64,000 nucleotides of DNA from Lingula anatina. Taxonomy: Eukaryota > Animalia > Brachiopoda. Numbering within the stretch: the first letter of the stretch is position 1; each line of letters begins with the position of its first letter. The stretch covers positions 24,326,534 to 24,390,533 of the forward strand of contig CM120644.1 in assembly GCA_051362555.1 (NCBI GenBank), read 5' to 3'. A model generated the notes under the pieces. It did not search any database. It saw only the letters and a program-made list of their open reading frames with translations, and was not told the DNA's origin. Below, piece by piece: positions 39,826 to 52,588 of this stretch. The translations under genes were made by a program, and so were the position numbers.

Positions 39826-42332
39826 TGTTGTGAGTTCTGCTTTATTACATTCAAGATTCCTGCGTCAAGTCACATGGAACCAGGTGTCATGCGACACCTG
39901 GCGTGACGCGTAAACGATACATAGGCTAATACACTACATTCCTCCCCATCATATTTTCAAAAGATGCTTATATATAAACCACTGATAATTAAGATAAGTG
40001 TGAATTAATTACAATTGTTGACATAACTTTAACATACATACGGATTACACTTTTTCAACAGCATCTTAGTCAACCCTTGCTTTAAATGACAATGTTATAT
40101 GTATTGTATGCCTTACATCAGCACAGTTAATGATAATGAGATCTATTTTTGTGCATAGTAAATAATAATTGTGCATATACATTACATATTAACGGCACAT
40201 ATAAATACATTATTTCCTTATAACTAAGGTAACATGTTGTGTTAAACAGTGCATACTTTCAAGTCCCATACTTTTTATATATAAATGTGCATGCATTACT
40301 GCATAAACGGCACATATGAACTTTACTAATTATGCTAAATCTGCATTATCAACATGACACATGCACTTTACTCACAAGACTGTACTGTGCATCCAAACAG
40401 CTTCAGAATACAAACAACTTTTACAAATGCCTTGATAAAGTGAACGACATATAATTGTGTCACTTGTATGAATAGAATATTGAATGCAAATACAGGCTCA
40501 GTATAATGTAGCCAATATATGTATGTAAAACATAGTCAATGTTCGGTTCAAAGTCAATAGAGTTCACAGAAAATGTCCCATTATCTCAGTAAATTGTCCT
40601 TGGCATAACGTATTGTAGTGGATATCGCTGTCACATCTGTTAATAATAACCTCATTAGTTCTGAGTCTTCCTCTCAAAAATAACGTATTGGAGGTATAAC
40701 TGTTCTGCCACTTCTCGTAACAACAGCATCTTTGACAGTTCTATCACCTTGTGGTTGGTCATCACCCACATTAGGAGGAGTCACACATTTAGCTTTGGAG
40801 GGTTTTAGGGCCCCCCTTCCCTTGCAGGGTTTTAAGTGATCATGATGCACCACCACAACTTTTCTTTTTGTTTTTATCTTATACAAAATTGGAGAAAGCA
40901 CCTCAATAATTTTGAAGGGACCGAGCCATACAGGCTGTAATTTCTTTCTTTGTATTACAGATCTCAAAATAAAAAACCTGCAAATATGGGCCTCTTGATT
41001 ATTTTGAGGAATTAGGGTAACTGTATTTTGGGGCAGATTTGATGGCAGCCATTTTGTATTTATAAAAATTGGATAGATTTGCCCTTATCAAAGCATAGTT
41101 TGAATTCCTGGCTGTGAGTCTTTGATTAAATTTGATTATTGGAAGGTATTATCTCAAAATGTACTGATATCTTGATTTCGGCCGTTTGGTTTTCTGCTAA
41201 AATTGCTAAAGTTTGAGGCACTTTTTCAATATCTTCTGTTGTGTTTAACACCCTTTTTGAATTTTGTATGATTAGACCAATATATGCTTAGGATCCCTAT
41301 AAAATTTTATGGCTGTCAAGCCTGCAAAAAGAGAGATATGAATGCTTGAACATTGCTTGGTAGAAAAGTGAGTTTGGGGGGTGGGGTCATAAAAATGGGC
41401 GTGGCTCGTTAGTTTGTGGGTTAAACTGAAATTTAGTAACATATTATCAATGGCAAATGGCTGGTTTAAATAGGTAAATTTTCAATTAATTTTAAAAAGT
41501 CATCAGTTTTGACATATTTGCTTATGAAGTAGCTTTATTGGCCGAAGCTGAAAATCAAGCCAAAAATGGCCAAAACATAAAATATCATATTATAATTATA
41601 TCCAATGATTTCTTTTGGGATTGTTGCCTTCAATCTTAATATCTCCTATATATGCAACAATATTATGAATTTGGTTGAAATATGTTGACCCCCACCTTGC
41701 CACCCTCTGACTGGTCCTATCATGGACACACGCTTAAGTAATGAACACTTGGATGGTTTTAATTTCAATCCATTTTCTTTGAATCTATCCAACACCAGTG
41801 CAATATTGGCTACAGAATCATCAAAATTGTTCCCAAGCACAACAACATCATCCAAGTAAGCGAGTACTTGTCTCCACGTCAAACCATGCAGAACGGAATT
41901 GACTGCTCGCATGAAAGTAGCAGGGCTGTTAGTCAAACCAAACGGTAGTCGTTTAAACTCAAACAAACCGTACTTGGTCATAAAAGCGGTTTTAGGCCGG
42001 GAGCTTTCCTCAACTTCAACCTGATAATAAGCACAGTTCATATCAAGAGTGCTGAAATATCGAGTGCCCGCTAAAACATCTAAGCATTCGTCTTTCTGTG
42101 GTAGTGGATACACATCCTTGACGGTCACTTTATTTAAAGCACGAAAATCTATGCAATATCTCAAAGTGACGTCTTTCTTTCTCACTAAAACAGGAGGGGA
42201 AGACCATTCTTGTCGCCATTGTTGTGAGTTCTGCTTTATTACATTCAAGATTCCCGCGTCAAGTCACATGGTACCAGGTGTCATGCGACACCTGGCGTGA
42301 CGCGTAAACGATACATAGGCTAATACACTACA
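39826..42332 (-). mobile_element. Deleted Ty3/Gypsy element with 113-bp LTRs, copy B only
   Basis: LTRs 39826-39938 and 42220-42332 (2 differences), CTGA duplication, minus-strand PBS TGGCGAC and PPT GGGGAGGAA. RT fragment (WSSPPVLVRKKD..LRYCIDFRALN...YLDD, ~41725-42210) and integrase C-terminus (KLQPVWLGPFKI, 40674-40967). Copy A empty site at 4303. Confidence 0.92.
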
Positions 42333-42481
42333 CTGAGGTAATAATACCATTAAGAGTGTTTAAAGCCAGTGAAAGGAATAATGATGTATAATTACCGCTA
42401 GCTGCTGCTTACCTGTGCAATGGTCAATTTCCTGGCTCTACTAATCTGTTTATTGTACTAACAGTCAAGATGCAGTGGTCA

Positions 42482-42546
<65 letters not shown>

Positions 42547-42617
42547 TTCTTTTTTTACCTGGGTTGGTCACTAGATATTCAGACAATACAGGTTAAGTCT
42601 GCCAGGAGTAAAGTTTA

Positions 42618-43140
42618 ATGCCTAAAAGTTGTTGTGTTACAGGTTGTACTGCAAAGAAAGGCAAAGTGCCTAACGATATTAAGTTGTACACATTTCCACC
42701 AGAACAAGGCCGTCGCAAAAGAATGGATGCATGTAATTAACCGCGCACAGAGAAGTAAGGATGGGAGTGTGGACAAGTACGAATGTTGGGCCCTGTAACT
42801 CGAAAGTATCGCGCATTGCGAATAGCGATATCACATAGAGGTTACAGTGTATTATAGGGGCGAGTATGGACGAGTTATGGAATCGAGACGCTTGCGCTCG
42901 GTCGCAGAGCGCAATGTTTTCGAGTAACGAGGTCCTGGGCTCCGTATCTCGCTATGTTGCGCACGTGCGCAAGTGTCTCGCAAGTGTCTCGATCCCATGA
43001 CCCCGTATTTCAAAATGGAATCGAGACGCTTGCGCACGTGCGCAACATAGCGAACCTTTCGAGATACGGAGCCCTGGTCTCCAAGAAGTGTCCATACATA
43101 CATCTGCGTGTGCTCACAGAATTTCTTGACTGGTAGCTGA
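42618..43140 (+). pseudogene. THAP domain relic (paralogue of 4530-5052)
   Basis: Same sequence, same frameshift, same MITE. Confidence 0.72.
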
Positions 43141-44272
43141 TCATGATTAAAAATAAAATGAGAAATGGGTTTTGCGGCAAAATAATGAATTACTGTTATC
43201 ACATGCTTCCTGTTAGAACAGTTTTGAGTTAGGTCCTGATTATTGACGGCATCACCTAAATTTGCTGCGTGACAATTTTGAAGTAATAGTTGACCTATTA
43301 AACTATGTTTCACTGTGTACACTTGATTGATAGCAGAAGTAGATTGTGGCAGTCAGTGAGTTGGGGAGGGGGGCGTTTTACCCACTTAGCTCGTTAAAAT
43401 CATTCAGATCCCGTGGTACAAGTATAAGGGATTTCAACCAAGCCAAAAATAAATGATAAAAAGTGTTCTGTTAGCAGCAGTTTAGCTACAGCTGCCATAT
43501 ATCCCTTCCTTTACTCCTCTTTGAATATAGACATTTAGGTCAACACTGTTGAATCATACAGTCTGCAGCCCGACGGCGTATCTATAAGTACCCCTGTAGG
43601 TGTACAACGGAAACAAAATTATTCCGACCACTGTATGTGTAAATATTACTCATGTTTGTTAAAGCGATACAGCATGTCATGCACAAGGTAATGAAGCATA
43701 TTTTTAGTTACGAGCAATGGATTTAAAGCACATTTATCAACCGTGCAAGTCCAAAGATCACCGTGATATCAGTTGTGTAGACACGCATACCTGGATCAAC
43801 ACGTTTGCCTGAAGTGTCGCGGTAAAAGGAAAGTATAAGATTCAGATTGCGCTGGGTAAATACGACAAGACGGCCGATGTTAATCCCACCCATCTTTACA
43901 TATAGTATGGTCAGGCAGCTTCACCAACGGAATACCTCATTTCTTCATTCACTTCCTTCTGCTTACTATACCGGTAGTAATACAAACACGACATTTAACA
44001 AATATGTATGATGGACACCCGTGTGTCCGTATGTCACTATCAGGTTAATAAATGTTTTGCTATTGACTTCCCCTCCACCTTGATTCAATGTTAAGCCTTG
44101 GTCACAACCGGCCGTACGGGCTCTTACGGACTGTTTGCGTCCAAATCATGCTCAGAATCTCAAGTCCCAGTGTGCTTAACTTATCAAGTTTATTTTCAAA
44201 CTTAATCTGTATTTCAATAATTGAAATTGCCGGCTACGGGCCTGGGGATAAACAGTAAAATAGTGTAGTGGC

Positions 44273-44376
44273 GGGTTCCGTGGCTCAGTTGGTAGAGTTC
44301 TCACACGCGGCGTGAACGTTCTGTCCCCCACCCCTATACGACCTGAGAGGCGAGCTTCCAACTTCTCACGGCCCCA
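44273..44376 (+). pseudogene. Degenerate tRNA-like sequence / tRNA-derived SINE head
   Basis: GGGTTCCGTGGCTCAGTTGGTAGAG (A-box/D-arm) ... CTCACGGCCCCA. The B-box is decayed and there is no clean cloverleaf. Confidence 0.4.
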
Positions 44377-46524
44377 CAAAAGAGACACAAATGTAAAAAT
44401 TATCAACAAAGAATGTACATGATTGTCTTTATTCATCTATTTTGTTTATCATTTTAAAACATTTGATAACTTTGAAGGGTTAAATAATTCACGCCAGCGT
44501 TTAAAACCTTAAAACGAACTGAAAACAAACAATACTGGCAATTTAGCTTTATTTTAAATATCTTTAAGTGTTAGTCTAAACGACATTGTATTAAAAAAGC
44601 TTTAAACACATAAATCCTAATTGCGTATTTAATGAAAAACCAAATTATGTGTTTTGCTTTCGCTTCATATTGCCTTTAAATGAGTCAGCATGCTGAAATG
44701 AGATCCTGTTTTGTCATTAACCGGAAAATCCGGGTTTACAGTAAGTGGCACGTGTTGGGAAGGGGTTTCATTTTCTGTTTTCTAGTCCTTATTTGAAGCC
44801 GGTTCCTGTTATCAGGTTTACGCAGCTTTTAGCAGAAAGTAATACGGTAATTAATTAAAACTTTCAAATGCCTTACTTTTTAAATATTTATCATTTCAGA
44901 CTTGCTAATTACAACATTGTAATCTCAGACACAAAGCCAGCTCACCTGGCAAACTTTTCTTATCGTTTTACGTGCTTAAAACAAAATATGATATTTTGGG
45001 GAAAGAATACATTCGTGTTGTGCGAATGTATTTGTTGTAAATATCGTCATACATCTTGAACTCAATCACGCGGTTTTCCAAAGAAATGAGATGCCATGGA
45101 AAGGAAAAAACAGGTTTTATAGGGGCTTGGAAACTTGATTCTGTAATTATAACTAAGTAAGACAAATAAAAAACAAAAGATATACAGCAGAAGCTTGACA
45201 TATGGTCCTTATCGAACCCCTGTATCCTGCAGACTTTCGGAGAATTGTGTTGTACTGGCAGTTAACAGGATGTGATCACTTTGACTGCACCTTCACAGAG
45301 ATACATGAATAACATGCATCGAAACAAGCAATTTTGTGTGTGTGTGTTTGATTGATTGTGTGTGTGTGTGTATGTGTGTGTGTTTAAGTATGAAGGCTGA
45401 AAAGGCGAAATAAAAGAACAGAGCACATATCCCAGTGCAGACACAACAATTATTTTTTTTAAGTTACACGGGTAGTAAGTTTACATGTCTGGTGAAATAG
45501 TTGTCGTGGATGAAATGGAGCGTACCCTAAAATTCAGGGCTCAGTATGTTTTGCTGTTTTAATAACATATATCAAAGATGAGATTACATTGACCTCTGAA
45601 ACTGGGGGTGGATGGGTGGGTGCACAGAGTCCAGACGCACGTCCAACAACATTATATTCAAAAACTCACGAAAAAGAAAACAGTAAGTCTTGTGAAAAAG
45701 TTCCCAAAATGCACTTTCAATATCTAACAGAAAAGATAAATGTGTAACCTAGATTTGAGGCCACAATTAGTCAATAGTTTTAGGCGGATATTGCATAGTT
45801 TCCCTAAATCAAGATTCCATTGCCATTTTAATTATTATTTTGGAAATTTCTTCCTCAACTGCACGTTTCGCAGGCGGGGTTAATTTTTTTAGATCCGTTT
45901 CCGTTAAAACTTGGTCGATAAAACCGACAATCTTGCAAACTTTTTGTAGGGATAAGATAATATCAAAAAGATACTGAAACATTCATCAATATATAAGAAA
46001 TAAACTTCGTCTTGATAACATAAAGGACGGGGCGGTGTTATTTGTTTGAAAGACAGCAAGCGTTCACGTGACGCCAGGGATAAGGTCACTAAAAGTGCTC
46101 GCATTTGTGTCACGGGCATGTTATTGAAATTAGTCTATTTTAAGTGCAAAGTGCAAAGTGCAAAGGAAAAAAAAAACAGGAACGCATTGCTTTATTATTA
46201 AATACAGTCGCGAATAATGAATACGGTCGTAAAATATAGGACCAGATATACTTATTAAGTCTTAAAATTTCAATAATGTAAATGTTAATTAAAAAATATA
46301 CAGTAAATAATTCTTGTTATTATCAAAACCGTTTGTTAGGAAATGTGTGACAGAAAAATACTTTTTAAGACTCCTGTCAAATCATTGCTCCATTTAAGTT
46401 TTAAACTCGTCCGTATCCGCATTGCCTTTTATTACTAAACAGTACCAATGCACGGCAAAGAGCCCCATAGATTACAAATTTACTGAATGTGTTGATACTG
46501 GTAACGTTTGCCGTACTGGTACAT

Positions 46525-46637
<113 letters not shown>

Positions 46638-48891
46638 AGAAGTAAGAAGTAAGAAAGTAGTAGTAAGAAGTGGACGCGAGACTTACAATCGGTCTGTGGA
46701 TTGTTTGTTTACATCCGTTTTTGAAGGGGATAACTATGGCTACAGTACCGCCCGAAATTTCCCTTACTGACTCGGAGGGTCGCTGCGGGTTGCTCAGACG
46801 GCCTGGCTCGGTAACTATGGAAATAACATTGTCATCCATGCGCTGTTTGGTTTCTGTTTACAATAGTACCATGCCCTGTCCCGTCGGGTAATTATCGTAA
46901 CAAACTTTCTGCTAACAAAAGAGCCTAACCCTAGCTCGCTGAGATAAAGATCGAAGCTGAGCGTGATCGCAATTCAGTGTTCGCCTAAGCGTTAATTGAC
47001 CTTTAGTGCGCGGTGGCTTCACTCTACTTTGAACACTCTACTCTGATAAGGAGATTTTAAGTAAAAGAACTTGCAAACAGTGATTTTAAAAAGTCACTTT
47101 ATCAAAAAGATTCGGTGATGAAAGCAACTTTGTAGCTATGAATTGATTGAATTCACATAAATTTGATTAAATGAAATCATGAATGCATGAAAGATCAAAT
47201 AAAACACTACTCGTACTTGTACATGTAATATTTATTAGGCTTCAAACCGTCTTTGCTACATACATATTATAAACACGATTGAAATTTATTTTTATAGTAG
47301 GTCCTTATATTTCTATTAGCTTTGTTCATGGATGAAATACATTTTTTTCAAAAAGACTTGTCAGTTGTTTGAGTAATAAACATTGTGTAGACCTTATCTT
47401 TAATATAATTCAGTCTATATTTGCATAGATGATCTCTCCCATCTACACCCGTAACATGTCTGTCCTTTTATATTCGTTCTTCAACACTAAACAATATTCC
47501 CTTTAAGTGAATACAAAAGTCATACTTACTGTAGATCGATCTATCTCCAAATGGATTCTCGCTGAATTGCAATCAACTTAAGCAGTATAGACGTATGGCA
47601 TTCCTACTGAAACTATTAGGAGGTAATAAAAACGATCGTTCAGAAGCTTCAGTTGGCGTGCCAGACATCTAAGCCGCTAAGGCTAAAAGTGATTTCGCGA
47701 GAAAACCTTTGTGGATGGAGCGATCCTGTTTGATCGATTTAGGTATGGGAACCTTTAATTTAGTCATTCATTTTTTTTTTTAATTTCTAAATGACTAACC
47801 GAATTTTTGAAACTTATACAATACACCGTAACGGTAAAAATTATGTGTACATTTATACCATATACCAGTTGAATATCACGCTAAATTTAGTGTTAAATTA
47901 CAATAGACGAGTGTGACAATTACACGGTAGGTAAACGCATATAGTATCTATAGAATATAAATAAGAAAGAGAAAGAAGTAGGTAAACGATTGCCAGCGGA
48001 ATATATTGATTGGCTTAATCCCCCAGTCGTCTAGGTTGGCACTCCTCTTTGGAGTACTTATGTAAACGACCTGTCTCTTGTGGCGAATTGTCTATTTGAT
48101 CACTAGATTTTAGTTTCACGAGTTAGCTGCACGTTGAACCAGTGTCAGTTGTTATTTCATTTAATTTGCTGTGTCGCGTGGTCAACAATTGAACGAAATA
48201 TTATACGTTTGAGCATGGTCAACATACCACTTTTCCTCTTTTTTATGTCAAAGAGAACTTTTGTAAATGTTATGCATATAGTATTTATAGAAAATAAATA
48301 AGAAAGCGGAAGGAAACTTGGCAGAAAATCCAACAACTTACAAAGTAAAGTAAAGTAAAACTTCATAAAGTAAATGTAACGACAAAAGCATAAATATATG
48401 ACCCTAGGCTTATCAGAAAGTTACTTGGTCTAAAGAAGCATATGCTTGGGTATACTTTTAATCTTAAAAGCTAATCTAATGTTGAGCCAGCGACAATGAA
48501 TTTGTAAAGGGATAACAAACAGAATCCTCCCCTCAATAAGGGGTGCCGGGGGAGATCAGCATTGGTCAGAACTGTGCCGGAAGGGTGACGCCAAGTGGTG
48601 TAAGACGCGAAGCTGAGTGGTCAGCTAAAAATTATAAGTACGCGTCTGGCATTTAATGGCATCTTGCAATATCTTTCCAAAAAGAAAAGAGAATTCAGGT
48701 GAGCCGATCACAAAGCTGAAAGGTAATTAAGACTAGCTCTAAGTTACTAATAATTGACATTATTATGCAATACTCAGTTGGAAAAGCTATTCTGACAGGT
48801 AGATAAGATATAACATGACCAGTTTCTCAAGGCTATTGCTTTGCAGGCTGAGGAAATTGATTGCCAGTCTCTTACCTCAGATAAGAGGCTG

Positions 48892-48932
<41 letters not shown>

Positions 48933-49104
48933 TGTAACAGACTAGTGCACTCTGTGGCCAGAAAATATCAATAAGCCATGATTAAGGAAAGTGATTGCAG
49001 TAATCAATTTCAAATTTTAGATATTGCATAGTAAGCTTATCTTTTTCAACACCGGTCGTGTTCACAAAAGGCTGTTAATGTCACAGAGAGAAAGTAAAAA
49101 ATAC

Positions 49105-49142
<38 letters not shown>

Positions 49143-49556
49143 TAGAGAGGGAGGAAGAGATTGAAAACTAACTTCTTCAACAGTGGTTATGATATACAGA
49201 ATACACAGCCTTAGGCTAAACGAAATGTAGATCTATATCTTTCACTTTGATGCTGTATACTTATCCTCTTGCTTCAAAAGTTTTTACGGTTTACAGATTA
49301 CACACCCTTTTATTTATCTAATTACTTATTTATTTTAGTCAAAGTTTGTTTTAAAGACAGATAAATAACGCACCATATGGTTTTCTGCACCGCTTACTTC
49401 GTTGAATTATTTAGGAATAAAAAAAAACAGTGTTTTAGCGATAAATGGTCTCCTTTGTCTTCATGGAAATGTGAGATTTTATAATTCATGCTCTCCTTGT
49501 GCGATTGAAGGTACCAATAAACAAATTAAATGCGCTGTAATTACCTTTTTTGGATG

Positions 49557-49588
<32 letters not shown>

Positions 49589-50242
49589 TTTTTTTTTTTT
49601 TGTTATAAAATCAAGGAGGAGAAAAAATACGGCTTATTTAATGTAAACCTTAAAACGGGCGGAATAGATAACACATCCGATGTTCGTATTGCCAGCATGG
49701 AGCGAGCTTATTATGAAAAAAAAAAAAAAAACAATAAGGAATAGAGCTAATTTTTATCTTGCACCATTTCCAGCCATGTTTAGCAAGTCAAAAAAATAAG
49801 GATCAAAGACATATCGTTGACAAAGATGCCCGATGTTTGATAACGGTATTTAAACTGGTATTTACAAATAATAGTACCGTCCAGAGTATCGTACGTCTAC
49901 ATTAATGGAGATATATGTAATAAAGTTTTTTGAGGCCCTAGAAAAATCAGGTTATGTAAATATAGATGAACATATCCTTAGTCTAAACAAAATTTGTAAG
50001 TTGGTTAAGAAGCGACGACTTTAATATCGATAGACAAATTTCATTTTTCAAATATATTTCAGATATGGTTAATTCTATGGTAAATAGGACTTGGAATTAA
50101 AAAAAAACTTTTTTCAAATGGGTATGCCAAATTCAAAGTGAACGTGATTTGAAAGTATAATAGTAACAACAAGGATTTCCCTGCGGTACATTGCATAATT
50201 TTTCTGCATAAGACACCAATAGACATACCCAATACATTTTTC

Positions 50243-51407
50243 TCTGATATTATCTCTGTTATAAAGGGGATGAATTCTAAGTTTTGTGCTCTGGATCCCA
50301 TGCCAACATATATAGTGAAAGAGTGTATTAGTGTGTTATCTCCTGTTCTCCTGAGATTAGTAAATCTGTCTTTCTCAACAGGTACCTTTCCATCAAACTG
50401 CAAAACTGCAATTGTTAGACCATTACTGAAAAAGCAAGGGCTGTGTAAAAATGTCCTGAAAAACTATAGGCCACCCGCACGAAAACGAAGTAGATACTCC
50501 AGCGCAGTAGACTACTGCAATCATACTGCAAACATGCTTCAACTCTGCTTCGATGTGGGAGCTAATTAGCATATTTGAAACATGCTTCTATCATGCTGCT
50601 AATCTACTGCATTAATGCTCCTCCTCTGTACAACCCTTTGTAAATTTTGAAGTAGAATTGCAGTAGGCTATACTGCATTTCTACTGCAAATATGCTCCAC
50701 ACCACTACTGCGTTAATGCTTCATTGCTACTTCGATACTACTTCATTTTCGTGCGGGCAATATCAAATCTACCCTTTTTAGGTAAATTTCTTGAAAAAAT
50801 GGCATGTTCCCAACTAAGCAGCTATCTATCTGACAAGAAACTCTTTGGGAAATTCCAGTCTGCCTATAGAGAAGGCCACAGCACTGAGACAGCTCTACTT
50901 CGAGTCCACAACGACATAATGCTTGCCCTGGATAAACAAAGAGATGTCGTTTTAGTTCTTCTAGACCTTTCAGCGGCTTTCGATACCATAGATCATAATA
51001 TTCTTCTTCACAGGTTGCAGCATCGTTTTAGAGTGAATGGACTTGCACTTAGTTGGTTTACCTCTTACCTGAAAAACAGAACACAAAGGGTTTCAATAGA
51101 GTCGGTTTTATCTCAGCCAGTTAACTTGGAGTATGGTGTCCCACAAGGGTCTGTGTTAGGTCCGATCCTATTTTCATTGTACATGTTACCTGTAGAAGAT
51201 ATCATACTAAAGCATGGTCTGAACACTGTTATTTTTGCAGATGACACACAAGTATATATTACATGCAAGAGCAGCCAGTCTGCAACAATCACTTCTATGG
51301 AGACTTGTCTTGCAGAGATTCGAGAATGGATGAAAGTGAACATGTTGGCTTTAAATGATAGTAAGACTGAGTTGATATGGTTTACATCAAGGTTCAAGGC
51401 AAATAGA
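50243..51407 (+). mobile_element. L2/CR1-clade LINE reverse transcriptase fragment, copy B only
   Basis: CALDPMPT...KTAIVRPLLKK...NYRP|MITE|ISNLPFLGKFLEK...QSAYR..HSTETALL...LLDLSAAFDTIDH...GVPQGSVLGPILF...FADDTQ; truncated at both ends. Confidence 0.92.
50474..50757. mobile_element. CMC/EnSpm-like MITE nested in the L2/CR1 RT (second, one-end-truncated copy at 60319-60540)
   Basis: TIRs CCCGCACGAAAA / TTTTCGTGCGGG with 2-bp CA duplication; removing it restores NYRPISNLP. Confidence 0.85.
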
Positions 51408-51765
51408 GTTGGTATGAAATTAAATTTTGAAACACATTCAAAAACAAATCCCATTTTGTCGAGAAAAAAATCTAACAAATGTATTTTATTTGTCTAATTG
51501 TTATCGGTTTGATTCAGGAAGAAAAATTACCTACATACGGGGGATAAAGTGAGGCGCATAATAATCCGTTCATGACTATCATCTGGTGCCATTTTCTACT
51601 TGCCTATATGATTTATACAAAACTTGTTGCTTTTAGCTCGTTTTAAAAAAAAAAATACCCACGAGGTTTAGAATATCCATGAGTAATGAATTGACTGACC
51701 CAAAACCTGCACTTTTATGTAACATTTCAGATAATACAAAGAAGGGTTTCTAAGTGACCGGTGCC

Positions 51766-52588
51766 ATGGCAACAGAAAGGATATACACTTACACTGACCG
51801 AGGGGATTTCTTTCGCATGAGCACTGTAACTGTAGATCATGCCTTGAAGGTCTTGCAAGATGTTCTTCAGAAAGAGCTCGAAACCAAATATCCCAATGTA
51901 TTTGACTTCAGCACGGGGTTGTTAAATGGGGTGCTTGGTGATAGAACTGTCGAGACTGTACTGTTTAGATTATCACCAAAGATCTTTAATCGCCACCAAC
52001 GGGAACAGCTGTATCCCGCTGGAAACCCCTCCACATCAGTAACTGTTGGTGATTTAGACCTCACACTGACTGTGCTTTTGTTGAGGAACATCACCTCGTT
52101 GAACCCTTGCCCTCGGTTGAATGCATTGGACAACCCTTCTGACACAGACACATCAAAAGAAGCCACCATAGGACGAATTGAAAGATATCATAATACTGTG
52201 TATGGACATGCAAACAAAGCAGCGATCAACGATCAAGATTTCAGAACATATTTTTCAGAGTTAAAGTTCAATATCTTGGTTCTCTCTAGTAGGTTCACAA
52301 ATGAGAATTATGATGTCATCTTGTCTAAACCTCTCGATGCTGCTTTATTGGCTAGAGGCCAGAATATTCATAAAGAATGGTATTATTATGACAAAAAAGT
52401 GAAAGATGAGTTGATGAGTCTGAAAGCTTCAATGGAGAAAATCCCAAATCTTGAGAGCTATATAGAACAGATTCAAAGAAGAAGTGAAGACACTGTTCTC
52501 AGAGAGATGAGAAGTGAAACGCAGAGAACACATGATAAACTTGAGGAAATCGGATTCACATTAGAACAAAACGCTCAGATTACAGAAG
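51766..52588 (+). CDS. Exon: DZIP3-type HEPN domain (copy B)
   Basis: [14 protein letters not shown]...[16 protein letters not shown]; GCCATGG start. Confidence 0.8.
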
